Shown here piece by piece: positions 55,667-64,000 of a stretch of DNA of 64,000 nucleotides (position 1 is the stretch's first letter; every line of letters begins with the position of its first letter). The notes under the pieces are model-generated. The model was not told where the DNA came from and did not search any database. It worked only from the letters and a program-made list of their open reading frames with translations. The position numbers and the translations under genes are program-made. The stretch is from assembly GCA_038245785.1 (NCBI GenBank), contig JBBRSB010000005.1, positions 11,110-75,109 on the forward strand, read 5' to 3'. Source of the DNA: Gloeobacterales cyanobacterium. GTDB lineage: Bacteria > Cyanobacteriota > Cyanobacteriia > Gloeobacterales > PMM-0068.

Positions 55667-56680
55667 GTGTTCCCCAAACCTTTTCAATTGATTAATCGGC
55701 GAACATTACTTCAACTGGGACTTGCAGGGGTAGGGGTGACTGGAGCTGCGCTTGCCTTTAGACAGTTTACTGGGCAAAAGGCCGTTCAGATCCCTCCTCT
55801 TCCCACCGATGCTCCTACGATTACAGGTCTAAATCCGCTGAAGATGCTGCGGGAGTTCGATTATGGGACGCTCAAGCAGGAAGGCGGAAAGACGATCCGA
55901 GAATTTCAGATTACGGCGGGAACTTCCACGATTCAGTTAAACAGTGCGGTCTCTTTTGTGAGCTGGAACTTCAATGGCAGAGTTCCAGGGCCAACCCTGA
56001 GGGCTACGGAAGGGGACAGAATTCGGGTGGTGTTTTTCAATAAAGGGGGTCATGCTCATTCCATGCACTTTCACGGGATGCATCCAGCAGGTATGGATGG
56101 TCTAAAACCCATTCGCAATGGTACCGCCACCGTCTACGAATTCGATGCCGAGCCTTTTGGCGTGCATCTCTACCATTGCCATGTGGCTCCTGTTACCCGT
56201 CATGTGGGCAAGGGATTGTATGGCATGTTTATCATTGACCCGCCTGGAGGACGTCCCCCTGCCGATGAAATGGTCCTGATTATGGGTGGTTATGACGTCA
56301 ACGAAGACTTAAAGAATGAGTTTTATGCCTTCAATGCTTTGCCGGATTACTATATGCGTCATCCGATTCCAATCCAGCAGGACCAGCTGATTCGGCTCTA
56401 TTTGCTCAATATGATTGAACTAGACCCCGTAGTCACCTTTCATCTGCATGCCAATATGTTTCAGGTCTATCGGACAGGCCGCACGCTGAGCCCCACTGAA
56501 GAAACAGACGATATCACCATGGGCACTACTGAGCGGCACATTTTGGAGTTTAGTTACCGCTATCCAGGCATGTATATGTTTCATCCTCACCAGGACTACA
56601 TCGCCGAACGGGGCTGCATGGGCTCTTTCCAGGTACTAGCGAAAGAGGGAAGTCCATCAACAGGGCACACCATGTCCTGA
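55667..56680 (+). CDS. Tat-exported two-cupredoxin-domain multicopper oxidase (NirK-related fold)
   Basis: Twin-arginine signal INRRTLLQLGLAGVGVTGAALA. Copper motifs HSMHFHG, YHCHVAPVTRHVGKGLYGM, FHLH and FHPH. Confidence 0.7.
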   Translation: MFPKPFQLINRRTLLQLGLAGVGVTGAALAFRQFTGQKAVQIPPLPTDAPTITGLNPLKMLREFDYGTLKQEGGKTIREFQITAGTSTIQLNSAVSFVSWNFNGRVPGPTLRATEGDRIRVVFFNKGGHAHSMHFHGMHPAGMDGLKPIRNGTATVYEFDAEPFGVHLYHCHVAPVTRHVGKGLYGMFIIDPPGGRPPADEMVLIMGGYDVNEDLKNEFYAFNALPDYYMRHPIPIQQDQLIRLYLLNMIELDPVVTFHLHANMFQVYRTGRTLSPTEETDDITMGTTERHILEFSYRYPGMYMFHPHQDYIAERGCMGSFQVLAKEGSPSTGHTMS

Positions 56681-56793
56681 ATGTAAGGCTAAAATTTGTT
56701 GACAACTATTCTCATTAGAAATAAAGTAATGAGGTCAGATTTTCAAAAGTAGATAGCTCTTTTGAAATGTGTGAGCAGCTTCTGGAGGTTGGT

Positions 56794-57789
56794 GTGCGGA
56801 TTGTTAAATTCTTTTCAGTGTTGCTCTGTCTTTCAGCTCTGGCTGCCTGTGGAAATGACAGTTCTGTGGCGACTAAAGAAACTCCTAAGGCTGCGGCAGA
56901 GGCTACGACAGGAATGGGGGAAATGGGCACTAGCAAGAGCCCCAAAATCAACATTAACTCCGCCATCCTCTCAGAATTAGACAAATTTGAAGCCAAATTG
57001 GGGGTGGCCGGGCTATCGAATCGTATTCAGGCAGAGCGACCCTATGGTAGTCCCGAAGACTTAGTAGCGAAGAAGGTTGTCACTCAAGAACAATTTGACC
57101 AAATTAAGGACATGGTGAGCATTGAGGATGTGGTGCTCACGGGTGAAGCCAAAGATGTTGATTACATGCTCAAACTGGGTTTAATGAAAGGACACATGCT
57201 TGTCGCCAAAGAACTACTAGACCTCAAAAAACCTGACCAAGCCGAACCCCATATTGGGCATCCGGTCGAAGAAATTTATGTAGATGTAGAAGACCAACTT
57301 AATGAGCGCAAGGTTAAAGAGTTTAAAACGGTGCTCATTAACCTCCAGGAATTGATCAAATCTGCGCCCAATGATCCAAAAATGGCAGCATCCTACAGCA
57401 CAGCGATGACAGCTATCAATGATGCCATCAAGGCTCTTCCAGAAGCACAGCGCCAGTCTCCAGGATTTATAGTTCAGGTGATAGATAGTTTGCTCCAGGC
57501 GGCCAGTACGGAGTACACGGCTGCCATCGCCAATGGGAAGATTTCAGCGGCCATTGAGTATCAAGACTCTCGTGGTTTTGTGCTCTATGCCAATGAACTC
57601 TACAGAGGGGTTGCGCCACAGATGCTCAAGTCTAGTCCCGAAGCGCACAAAATCATGGAGGCTAGACTATCTCAGCTTTTAAAGGCATGGCCAACTGCCA
57701 CCGCTCCCGCTACTCCTGTTCTAACTACCAAGGAGGTTTCTAAGCTAGTGCAAGATATACAGGCCGCTAAACAAAAGATGACGGCGTAA
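56794..57789 (+). CDS. lipoprotein with an N-terminal ComEA/PsbU-like helix-hairpin-helix module and a helical C-terminal domain
   Basis: GTG 56794 lies 6 nt after GGAGG and gives MRIVKFFSVLLCLSALAAC (lipobox LAAC). NINSAILSELDKFEAKLGVAGLSNRIQAERPYGSPEDLV is HhH-like. Confidence 0.55.
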   Translation: MRIVKFFSVLLCLSALAACGNDSSVATKETPKAAAEATTGMGEMGTSKSPKININSAILSELDKFEAKLGVAGLSNRIQAERPYGSPEDLVAKKVVTQEQFDQIKDMVSIEDVVLTGEAKDVDYMLKLGLMKGHMLVAKELLDLKKPDQAEPHIGHPVEEIYVDVEDQLNERKVKEFKTVLINLQELIKSAPNDPKMAASYSTAMTAINDAIKALPEAQRQSPGFIVQVIDSLLQAASTEYTAAIANGKISAAIEYQDSRGFVLYANELYRGVAPQMLKSSPEAHKIMEARLSQLLKAWPTATAPATPVLTTKEVSKLVQDIQAAKQKMTA

Positions 57790-57818
57790 ATGCTTTTTCA
57801 GGATACTTGAGGATGTTC

Positions 57819-58808
57819 ATGAATTTTAGTGCTGCCTTACCCACTTTTGTGATTACGCTACGTGAAGGCGTAGAAGCTGCTCTAGTGGTAGGTATTGTCC
57901 TGGCCTATCTCAAGAAAGCAGGGCGTACCCAGCTTAATCCTTGGGTCGGAGCCGGCGTAGCGGTTGGGCTTGTGGCTAGTGTCCTCGTTGGTATCTTATT
58001 TAATGCTTTGATTCAAGGGTTAGGGTCCTCCGATAGTCGATATGCGCCTGTATTCGAACCTTTGTTAGAGGGGACTTTTAGTGTTCTAGCGATTGTGATG
58101 TTGAGCTGGATGTTGGTTTGGATGACCCAGCAAGCCAAATTCCTTAAAGGACAAGTGGAAGGTGCGGTCGGAACAGTACTCCAAGATGGACGCGCTGGTT
58201 GGGGAATCTTAGGGCTTATTCTATTTGCTGTCTTGCGAGAAGGCTTTGAAACCGTACTCTTTATCGCTGCCAAGTTTCAGCAAGGACCGATGCCCGCACT
58301 AGGAGCAATCGCAGGCATAGGAGTCGCTTCTTTGATCGGGATGTTGCTCTTTAAGTGGGGCATCAAAATTAATATCCGTCTCTTTTTCCAAGTGATGGGT
58401 GTTTTTCTGATTTTGATCGTGTCTGGTTTGGTGATTACAGCCCTGAGCCATTTTGATAATGCTGTGCAGATCTTGTCTCAAATGGACCGTCAGTCTGCAT
58501 CTCTGTGTTTTTATTACGAGCGTTTTTCTAGAAACCCTTCTTGTGTTTTAGGACCGATGGTCTGGAATGGAACCCATATCCTGCCTGATGAGAAATTTCC
58601 TGGCGTGGTGCTAAGTGCCCTATTCGGTTATTCCCAGAAGCTTTATTTGGTTCAAGCGCTAAGCTACATTGCATTTCTCATGAGCCTAGGAATCATCTAT
58701 TTCAAGAGTATTTCTGTCAAAGCGTTGAGTGCGCCTATAGGTAAGAACGAAAAAAACTTGAGAAATCCAAGTAAGAGTGCCGGGTTACAGGCTGAAGCCA
58801 GACGCTAA
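57819..58808 (+). CDS. FTR1/EfeU-family high-affinity iron permease
   Basis: Two REXXE motifs, LREGVEAALVV and LREGFETVLFI, in a multi-TM protein. Start chosen at ATG 57819 after GAGGA; the track start is 57807. Confidence 0.85.
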   Translation: MNFSAALPTFVITLREGVEAALVVGIVLAYLKKAGRTQLNPWVGAGVAVGLVASVLVGILFNALIQGLGSSDSRYAPVFEPLLEGTFSVLAIVMLSWMLVWMTQQAKFLKGQVEGAVGTVLQDGRAGWGILGLILFAVLREGFETVLFIAAKFQQGPMPALGAIAGIGVASLIGMLLFKWGIKINIRLFFQVMGVFLILIVSGLVITALSHFDNAVQILSQMDRQSASLCFYYERFSRNPSCVLGPMVWNGTHILPDEKFPGVVLSALFGYSQKLYLVQALSYIAFLMSLGIIYFKSISVKALSAPIGKNEKNLRNPSKSAGLQAEARR

Positions 58809-59018
58809 CCGGGTTTTGGTTTGAGTTTTTGTTAGGTCTATTCCTAAAAGTTTGTCTTTTAACTAATTTCACTTCTTAAAAACTTATGTACTGCTTTTTG
58901 TTGTTTTACGTAGGTTTACGTAGATAGGAGGCACAAAAGTTCTAAGATCGAGCTTGATAGGTCCTACACACAAATGGGGTACTAATACCTTAATCTGGTT
59001 GTTAGTAGAAGCTATGAG

Positions 59019-61544
59019 ATGACAAAGGTGAGACGCGGTAAGGGTGGCTTTTCACTGGTAATGACCCTCTTCATCGGAATCATTCTGACTGGGGCTTCCT
59101 TAGCCATTGTTTATCGGTCTTCGAATGAGGTGCAAATATCTACCGCTCAAAGCGGCTCTGTAAGTGCTTTAAATGCTGCTGAATCAGCGGGAGCTTCAGC
59201 CCTTCAAGAACTCCTCACCCGTGCCAACAGCGTGTCGTTTGCCAATGCGCTGAGCAGTGATAACTTTCTTCCCTATCTCTGTAAAAATACTCCAGACTGG
59301 GCACTCGTCGAAAAGGCCAGTGGAACCATGATTTCTGCTGCTTCTGTGGTGACGGAAGACTCCAGCAGTCCGTCTAGCAATTCCTCAAAAGACTATCCGG
59401 CACAGACATTTGATCCTCTACTCTTAGCGACCAATCAGAATTTAAGTGCTGGAGGGATTACAGATCCTAAGGATCTGGGATTGGTTAATCTAACCCTGAC
59501 TAGCTGTACCGGAAGCGAGCCGAATACAGCCAGTGGCGGAAAAGCATTCCTTCCAGGTTCGGCAGCCGGACCTGGCTTGACCTGGACTACTGCTCAAGTA
59601 GATCCTGGGCCAGGTCCAACGGCGGGTGGCCTTGAAATCAGCCGTGCGAAGAAGATTGGGAATGCAGGAAATAATGAAGTTTGGAGCAGAGCCGTCCTCA
59701 AAGATTTCAAACTGAATGTGGTAGAAGCCATTGCTGGAGCAGATCCGGCCAATGCCGCCACCTTTAATAAGCCGACCGGTGTATTTCGCCTAATCTATAC
59801 CTTTAATATTGTGGCTGAAGGTACCATCCGCACTGCTGGCGGGGCGATTACGGGCCGCCAGATTATTCAAGCCCCCAATCTGCTTGTCATCGATATCAGA
59901 CAAAAGACTCAAGGAAATTCAAGTTTTTCCCAGTACTCTTTCTTTATTGATGATTCAGATGTTTGCTATGGTACCAATCAAATCATTACGGGCAGAGCGC
60001 ATGTGAATAAAGATATTTGCTTCTTCAATCCTGCGCCTGGTGAGACCAAGATAGAATTTACCGATGAATTTACTACTGCCCAATGTCAGTTTATAGGGAA
60101 TTGCCCCTATGGCGTAGTCGGTCGCCCTAGAGCTGCTAACTTTTCAGGGGGAGCTAAGTTCAAAGAGCAAGGTATTGGCTATATTCAAAAACCTGATATC
60201 GGGAACTATCAACTTAAAGCTGCACTTTTCGGACAGGCTAGCCCTTCTCTTAATCCTGAAAACGACACTTTAAAAAATTCAGAAATTCGCACCCAAATTG
60301 GTATAAATTCATCTTCCACGCCTCCGCCTGTCGGGGTCTACTGGGTTAATCCCACGGATAAGGCAGCGAGCAATACAGACCCGACAACGTATAGTAATTG
60401 GCTGGCTCAAGCTACCAATAAGGCTACGAATCCCAACAACATAGAAGACAATCTACTCCCTGGCATTTTTATTCAAGGCAATGTGGACTATGTCAACATG
60501 TACGCAGCAAAGTCTAGTGGAAGCAATGACCCTGATCTGCAGATTATAGAAATTCAACAGATTACAGCAGGAGAGACTCGAAAGACCAGGTTTTCTTTGA
60601 ATAAAGAGGCTAATACAACTGCTGTTGAAGTAGCTTCTGGAACGGGGACCTACGGTGCACCGATTAGCTATAACAAAACTTTTAATGGCATTATTTTCAT
60701 CGATGGTGATGTGGGAGATAATACAAAAGCCTGTTCTCCTAACAATAAAAATACTTGTCGCGGGGTGATTAGTATTTCTGGTAATGATTTGCCCACGGGG
60801 GTCACAGCCCCTGCGACTCTTTCTGTAGGTCCGCCCTCTAATCTTGATAGCATCAAGGACACGCCAACGATTCAAAAAGACTGGGGTATCACGCTGGCAG
60901 TGAATGGAGATATAGCGATTCAAGATAATTTAGATTATCAGGTCGATCCAAGGGGGGCAGACCGTAAATTTGGCACAAACCCTTTTACGAATAGCCATGA
61001 TGATCCAGAGGTAGCAGAGGCGAAAAATGCCCTGGGTATCATTGCTTTTGACAAAAGACAATACAAGAATGAAGACGGCACGGTGGCCTCTCCTATCCAA
61101 GTAAACGGCACTATCTACTGGGGACAGGGCCTGAAAGATAATGTTCGACTGGGTAGAGATCCTGCTGACAGTAAGGACGTCGATGTTGTCAATGTCCAAG
61201 CCTCTCTCTATGGCTACAGCGAAACTTTGAACTACGATAATGATCGCCTCGCTGAATATATACAGGTACTCGGTAGTGAGATTATGACGAAGGCCAAGGG
61301 AGATTACCGCTTTGGTTGCTCTTCCCGAATTACTCCACCGGGAGGGGCCACTTTCACTTCTGACTTTTGCAGTGGCAGTAAGGTGAAAATTATTGGCGAT
61401 AAGCGTTTTTCTAATGGTACCTATGCTCCACCCGGATTTCCCACCGTTGCCCAAACGATCACAGGTCCTTTTCCTTATGATGTAAAGGCTGCAGGTAAAC
61501 AATCTATTGGTAAGGTCCGCTGGCAAACTCTTGAATATCAGTAA
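59019..61544 (+). CDS. large PilX-N-like pilus-associated protein (841 aa)
   Basis: N-terminus RRGKGGFSLVMTLFIGIILTGASLAIVY is prepilin-like but lacks Glu at +5, followed by SNEVQISTAQSGSVSALNAAESA. Its stop overlaps the next gene's start (TAATG). Confidence 0.55.
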   Translation: MTKVRRGKGGFSLVMTLFIGIILTGASLAIVYRSSNEVQISTAQSGSVSALNAAESAGASALQELLTRANSVSFANALSSDNFLPYLCKNTPDWALVEKASGTMISAASVVTEDSSSPSSNSSKDYPAQTFDPLLLATNQNLSAGGITDPKDLGLVNLTLTSCTGSEPNTASGGKAFLPGSAAGPGLTWTTAQVDPGPGPTAGGLEISRAKKIGNAGNNEVWSRAVLKDFKLNVVEAIAGADPANAATFNKPTGVFRLIYTFNIVAEGTIRTAGGAITGRQIIQAPNLLVIDIRQKTQGNSSFSQYSFFIDDSDVCYGTNQIITGRAHVNKDICFFNPAPGETKIEFTDEFTTAQCQFIGNCPYGVVGRPRAANFSGGAKFKEQGIGYIQKPDIGNYQLKAALFGQASPSLNPENDTLKNSEIRTQIGINSSSTPPPVGVYWVNPTDKAASNTDPTTYSNWLAQATNKATNPNNIEDNLLPGIFIQGNVDYVNMYAAKSSGSNDPDLQIIEIQQITAGETRKTRFSLNKEANTTAVEVASGTGTYGAPISYNKTFNGIIFIDGDVGDNTKACSPNNKNTCRGVISISGNDLPTGVTAPATLSVGPPSNLDSIKDTPTIQKDWGITLAVNGDIAIQDNLDYQVDPRGADRKFGTNPFTNSHDDPEVAEAKNALGIIAFDKRQYKNEDGTVASPIQVNGTIYWGQGLKDNVRLGRDPADSKDVDVVNVQASLYGYSETLNYDNDRLAEYIQVLGSEIMTKAKGDYRFGCSSRITPPGGATFTSDFCSGSKVKIIGDKRFSNGTYAPPGFPTVAQTITGPFPYDVKAAGKQSIGKVRWQTLEYQ

Positions 61545-62305
61545 TGGATGCGATGAACGGTTTTAGCTTATCTATCCCCAAGCGACAGGTTAAAGGCTTA
61601 ACACTGATTGAAGTGCTTGTCTCGATCGCCTTTGCTGCTATCCTTTTATCCGCTCTATCGGTCCCCCTAGCGATTGGCCTTATTAATCGCATTCAGGGGA
61701 GAAAACTTACAGAAGCAACCAATTTGGCGCAGACTCAGATGGAAGCTATCCGTGCGAGTTGGTCAGTACCCACTGCTGTGAGCGCAAGTACAGCAATGCT
61801 AACGATAGGACAGCAGAATTTTGATAACAATAGAATCAATATTCCCTGGAATACCTTGAATGCTATCCAAACCTGTCCTCCAACTCCCGTAGGCGAAAAA
61901 ACGATCTATGCAGCTACCAACAAAGACTTAAACTATAGCGATGCCACCAAAAGCCCCAAGTTGCTGACAGACCCCTCCTTAGTCGCACCCAATAATGTCA
62001 ATATTCCTAGTGTGGTCAAAGCGATTGAGATTGATGCTGATGGGAAGCCTGATCTGAACGGAAAATGCACTCAGGACTATTGGGGACAAATCATGTTTGG
62101 CAATGCGCCTGATGATAATACGGGCGTAGCACTCAAAGACACGAAGCGCATTGTAGTCCGCATTTTTACCTTGGAAGAAGACCCAAAAACGCTTAATATT
62201 GCGCTTGCTCCTACTGCTAAACTCACTACCTATAGTCTCAATCCAAACCAACAAAATTTGGGTTTGCCTTTAGTCGTACTTATTTCTGATATTCCCCGTC
62301 CCTAG
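61544..62305 (+). CDS. type IV minor pilin-like protein (prepilin N-terminal methylation domain)
   Basis: VKGLTLIEVLVSIAFAAILLSAL (G/LTLIE with Glu+5). Confidence 0.7.
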   Translation: MDAMNGFSLSIPKRQVKGLTLIEVLVSIAFAAILLSALSVPLAIGLINRIQGRKLTEATNLAQTQMEAIRASWSVPTAVSASTAMLTIGQQNFDNNRINIPWNTLNAIQTCPPTPVGEKTIYAATNKDLNYSDATKSPKLLTDPSLVAPNNVNIPSVVKAIEIDADGKPDLNGKCTQDYWGQIMFGNAPDDNTGVALKDTKRIVVRIFTLEEDPKTLNIALAPTAKLTTYSLNPNQQNLGLPLVVLISDIPRP

Positions 62306-62315
62306 AGAAATTCCC

Positions 62316-62822
62316 ATGCACCGCCAGCGTAGTGGTTTTACCTTAACAGAGATGCTCGTTACTATTTCGATGGTAGGAATTTTAGCAGCGATTAGCACAG
62401 CGTCTCTTCAGCCTTTACTCCAAAGACAAAGACTTGCCCAAGCTGCTCAACAGGTTGAACAAGCAATCCGCAAAACACAGCAAACAGCGGTTACACGCGC
62501 TCAGCAGATTTATATCGAATTTGATAACGACTCCTACACGCTTGGCTCTGGAAACCCTTGCACAGTGCCACGGAGTATTCTAGCGACAGAGCGTCTTCCT
62601 GTTCAAATACAGATAAATTTGGCGATGCCCGGAGGTAGCACGCTCAATACAGGCGGTTGTCCTCCTGCCCTAAAGCCTCTGGTCCTCTTTGATTTTCAGG
62701 GTATGGCGAGAATGAATGATGCTGGTAAATTTGTTCGCTTAAATAGTTCATCTCTGACAGACATTAATTATGACGTTTACATCTTGAGTATTTTGGGTGA
62801 TGTGGGTACTGCAAAACCATAG
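62316..62822 (+). CDS. GspH/FimT-like minor pilin
   Basis: QRSGFTLTEMLVTISMVGILAAI. Confidence 0.7.
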   Translation: MHRQRSGFTLTEMLVTISMVGILAAISTASLQPLLQRQRLAQAAQQVEQAIRKTQQTAVTRAQQIYIEFDNDSYTLGSGNPCTVPRSILATERLPVQIQINLAMPGGSTLNTGGCPPALKPLVLFDFQGMARMNDAGKFVRLNSSSLTDINYDVYILSILGDVGTAKP

Positions 62823-62836
62823 GATTTCAAACCATC

Positions 62837-63616
62837 ATGAAGACTAGATATGTACGTAAAAAAAGCGGCTTTACTCTTTTCGAAGTGCTGGTCACCGCTG
62901 TAATCTCCAGTGTGATGGTCTTAGCCTTGATCAGTGGAGCCACAGGATTTTTTAGCCGTGATAGTCAGGAACAACAAAGAGTTCTTGCTCAGCAGCGTTT
63001 GCGCTTAGTAACTTCTGTAATCAGTGCTGACCTGCGAGAAGCTGCATATATCTATCGAGATGCAGACCTGAATATAGTTGTCGGTCTAGTGAATGGAGGA
63101 ACCAGCAGTGCAAAATTGAACGGAACAACCCCAAAACTAGCCATGTTGGTTCCTTATAAAGGGACCTCTATTAGTGACAAAGATAAATTCAGATTAGTGA
63201 TCTATGCGCTTGGTCCCGTTCCCAATGCCGAACCTTTCAACTCCATTCGTTCTATCAAGGGGAAAGGCAACGTTATTTATCGCTGGTTTTCGGCGCCGGA
63301 AGAATTCGATCCAATTATCCAAAATCAGGGAAACGGCAAACCCCCTAATGCATTGAATGGCAGTTTTATGACCTATGGCGGTACAGGGACCGACACTCGC
63401 CCTCCAGTATTGGTCGTGGGGGTAGCCAATGATGGCCTATCCACAACTTCTACTGGTGGGCAATTCGGACCAGCGAATAGTGACCTTGGCAAAAATATAA
63501 CGGTCCAGGCCTATCAAGATTCTTCGCTTGTGGGGGATGCTCCGAAAGTCAGCTTTTATGCTCAGGCCCGCAATTTGGGGCTACCGTCTACGCCCATTCC
63601 CCCTTCGAGCCTCTAA
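62837..63616 (+). CDS. PilW-like minor pilin
   Basis: KKSGFTLFEVLVTAVISSVMVLAL. Confidence 0.65.
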   Translation: MKTRYVRKKSGFTLFEVLVTAVISSVMVLALISGATGFFSRDSQEQQRVLAQQRLRLVTSVISADLREAAYIYRDADLNIVVGLVNGGTSSAKLNGTTPKLAMLVPYKGTSISDKDKFRLVIYALGPVPNAEPFNSIRSIKGKGNVIYRWFSAPEEFDPIIQNQGNGKPPNALNGSFMTYGGTGTDTRPPVLVVGVANDGLSTTSTGGQFGPANSDLGKNITVQAYQDSSLVGDAPKVSFYAQARNLGLPSTPIPPSSL

Positions 63617-64000
63617 TCCCCTAAGCTTTGCCTGACTTTCACCATCATCTGGATCATTTGGGCTTGCTCTTGCTCACTCAAAATGCTGTCTAACATCTGT
63701 GCAACATGCTGGTCATACGCAGGGGTCAGCGTTTGCATCAGCGTTTTGGCCTTATCGGTCATTTCGATGAGCGTTACCCGACGGTCATTAGGGTCGGCCA
63801 CTCTTCTAACCAAACCCTCTCGCTCCATTCGGTCAATGATGCCTGTCATATTGGCCTTGGAAACCCCCTGACTGTGGGCAATCTCAGTAATCGGCATCCC
63901 TGCGTCTGGAGAACGAGCATTCAGAGTCCACAGAACATTTCCTTGCGGCAGGGTCAGACCATAGCGAAACAAGTAGTCTTCCATCTCGCGATAAAGTAGC
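63613..64000 (-). CDS. MarR-family transcriptional regulator (may extend past the right window edge)
   Basis: GVSKANMTGIIDRMEREGLVRRVADPNDRRVTLIEMTDKAKTL is a winged-helix MarR signature. The frame is still open upstream of the Met at 63984. Confidence 0.8.
   Translation of the reverse strand, partial: LLYREMEDYLFRYGLTLPQGNVLWTLNARSPDAGMPITEIAHSQGVSKANMTGIIDRMEREGLVRRVADPNDRRVTLIEMTDKAKTLMQTLTPAYDQHVAQMLDSILSEQEQAQMIQMMVKVRQSLGD

Noticed and set aside
55667-56680. Copper-containing nitrite reductase NirK
   Set aside because: The size, two-cupredoxin layout and HxxxFH / HC...H...M pattern resemble NirK. However, the HCH triad and two additional HxH motifs (FHLH, FHPH) in domain 2 fit a trinuclear-cluster multicopper oxidase better, and the operon partner is an iron permease. 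NirK is not fully excluded without a profile search.
1-64000. CRISPR arrays, rRNA and tRNA genes
   Set aside because: I saw no series of regularly spaced identical 25-40-bp repeats and no rRNA- or tRNA-like conserved blocks. All long ORF-free stretches (12079..12664, 45597..46076, 46611..46959) lack periodic repeats.

Overview
Cyanobacterial chromosome segment, identified from phycobilisome genes, a PATAN-type taxis operon, cyAbrB and a cyanobacterial-type LexA box. All calls come from reading the sequence and ORF track by eye; no searches were run.

- **Left third:** an allophycocyanin core locus in the order apcE, an extra free linker with two REP domains, apcA, apcB and two tandem apcC-type genes. 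dinG follows on the opposite strand, then a second, divergent apcA/apcB pair, then cyAbrB, lexA and mfd.
- **Middle:** a GT2 glycosyltransferase and a complete pilG-H-I-J-L (hmpA-E type) chemotaxis-like operon with a divergent coiled-coil hmpF-like gene. These are followed by an ArnT-like transferase, rpsT, lipB (translationally coupled to a NIL-ferredoxin), Phd/Doc and a DHH-CBS-nucleotidyltransferase.
- **About 37.4-52.1 kb:** an accessory island packed with toxin-antitoxin modules, several visibly decayed. It also holds an FRG-domain gene, a HEPN/MtlR-like gene flanked by inverted repeats, an intact IS3-family element with a 3-bp target duplication, and an HNH-like gene.
- **Right end:** a radical SAM gene, VapBC, a Tat-exported multicopper oxidase - lipoprotein - FTR1 permease operon, a four-gene minor-pilin operon and a partial MarR gene.

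No rRNA, tRNA or CRISPR array was found. The most interesting signal is a coherent set of extra phycobilisome-core parts: two extra REP domains, one extra ApcC, and one extra ApcA/ApcB pair that lacks the conserved beta-subunit Asn.
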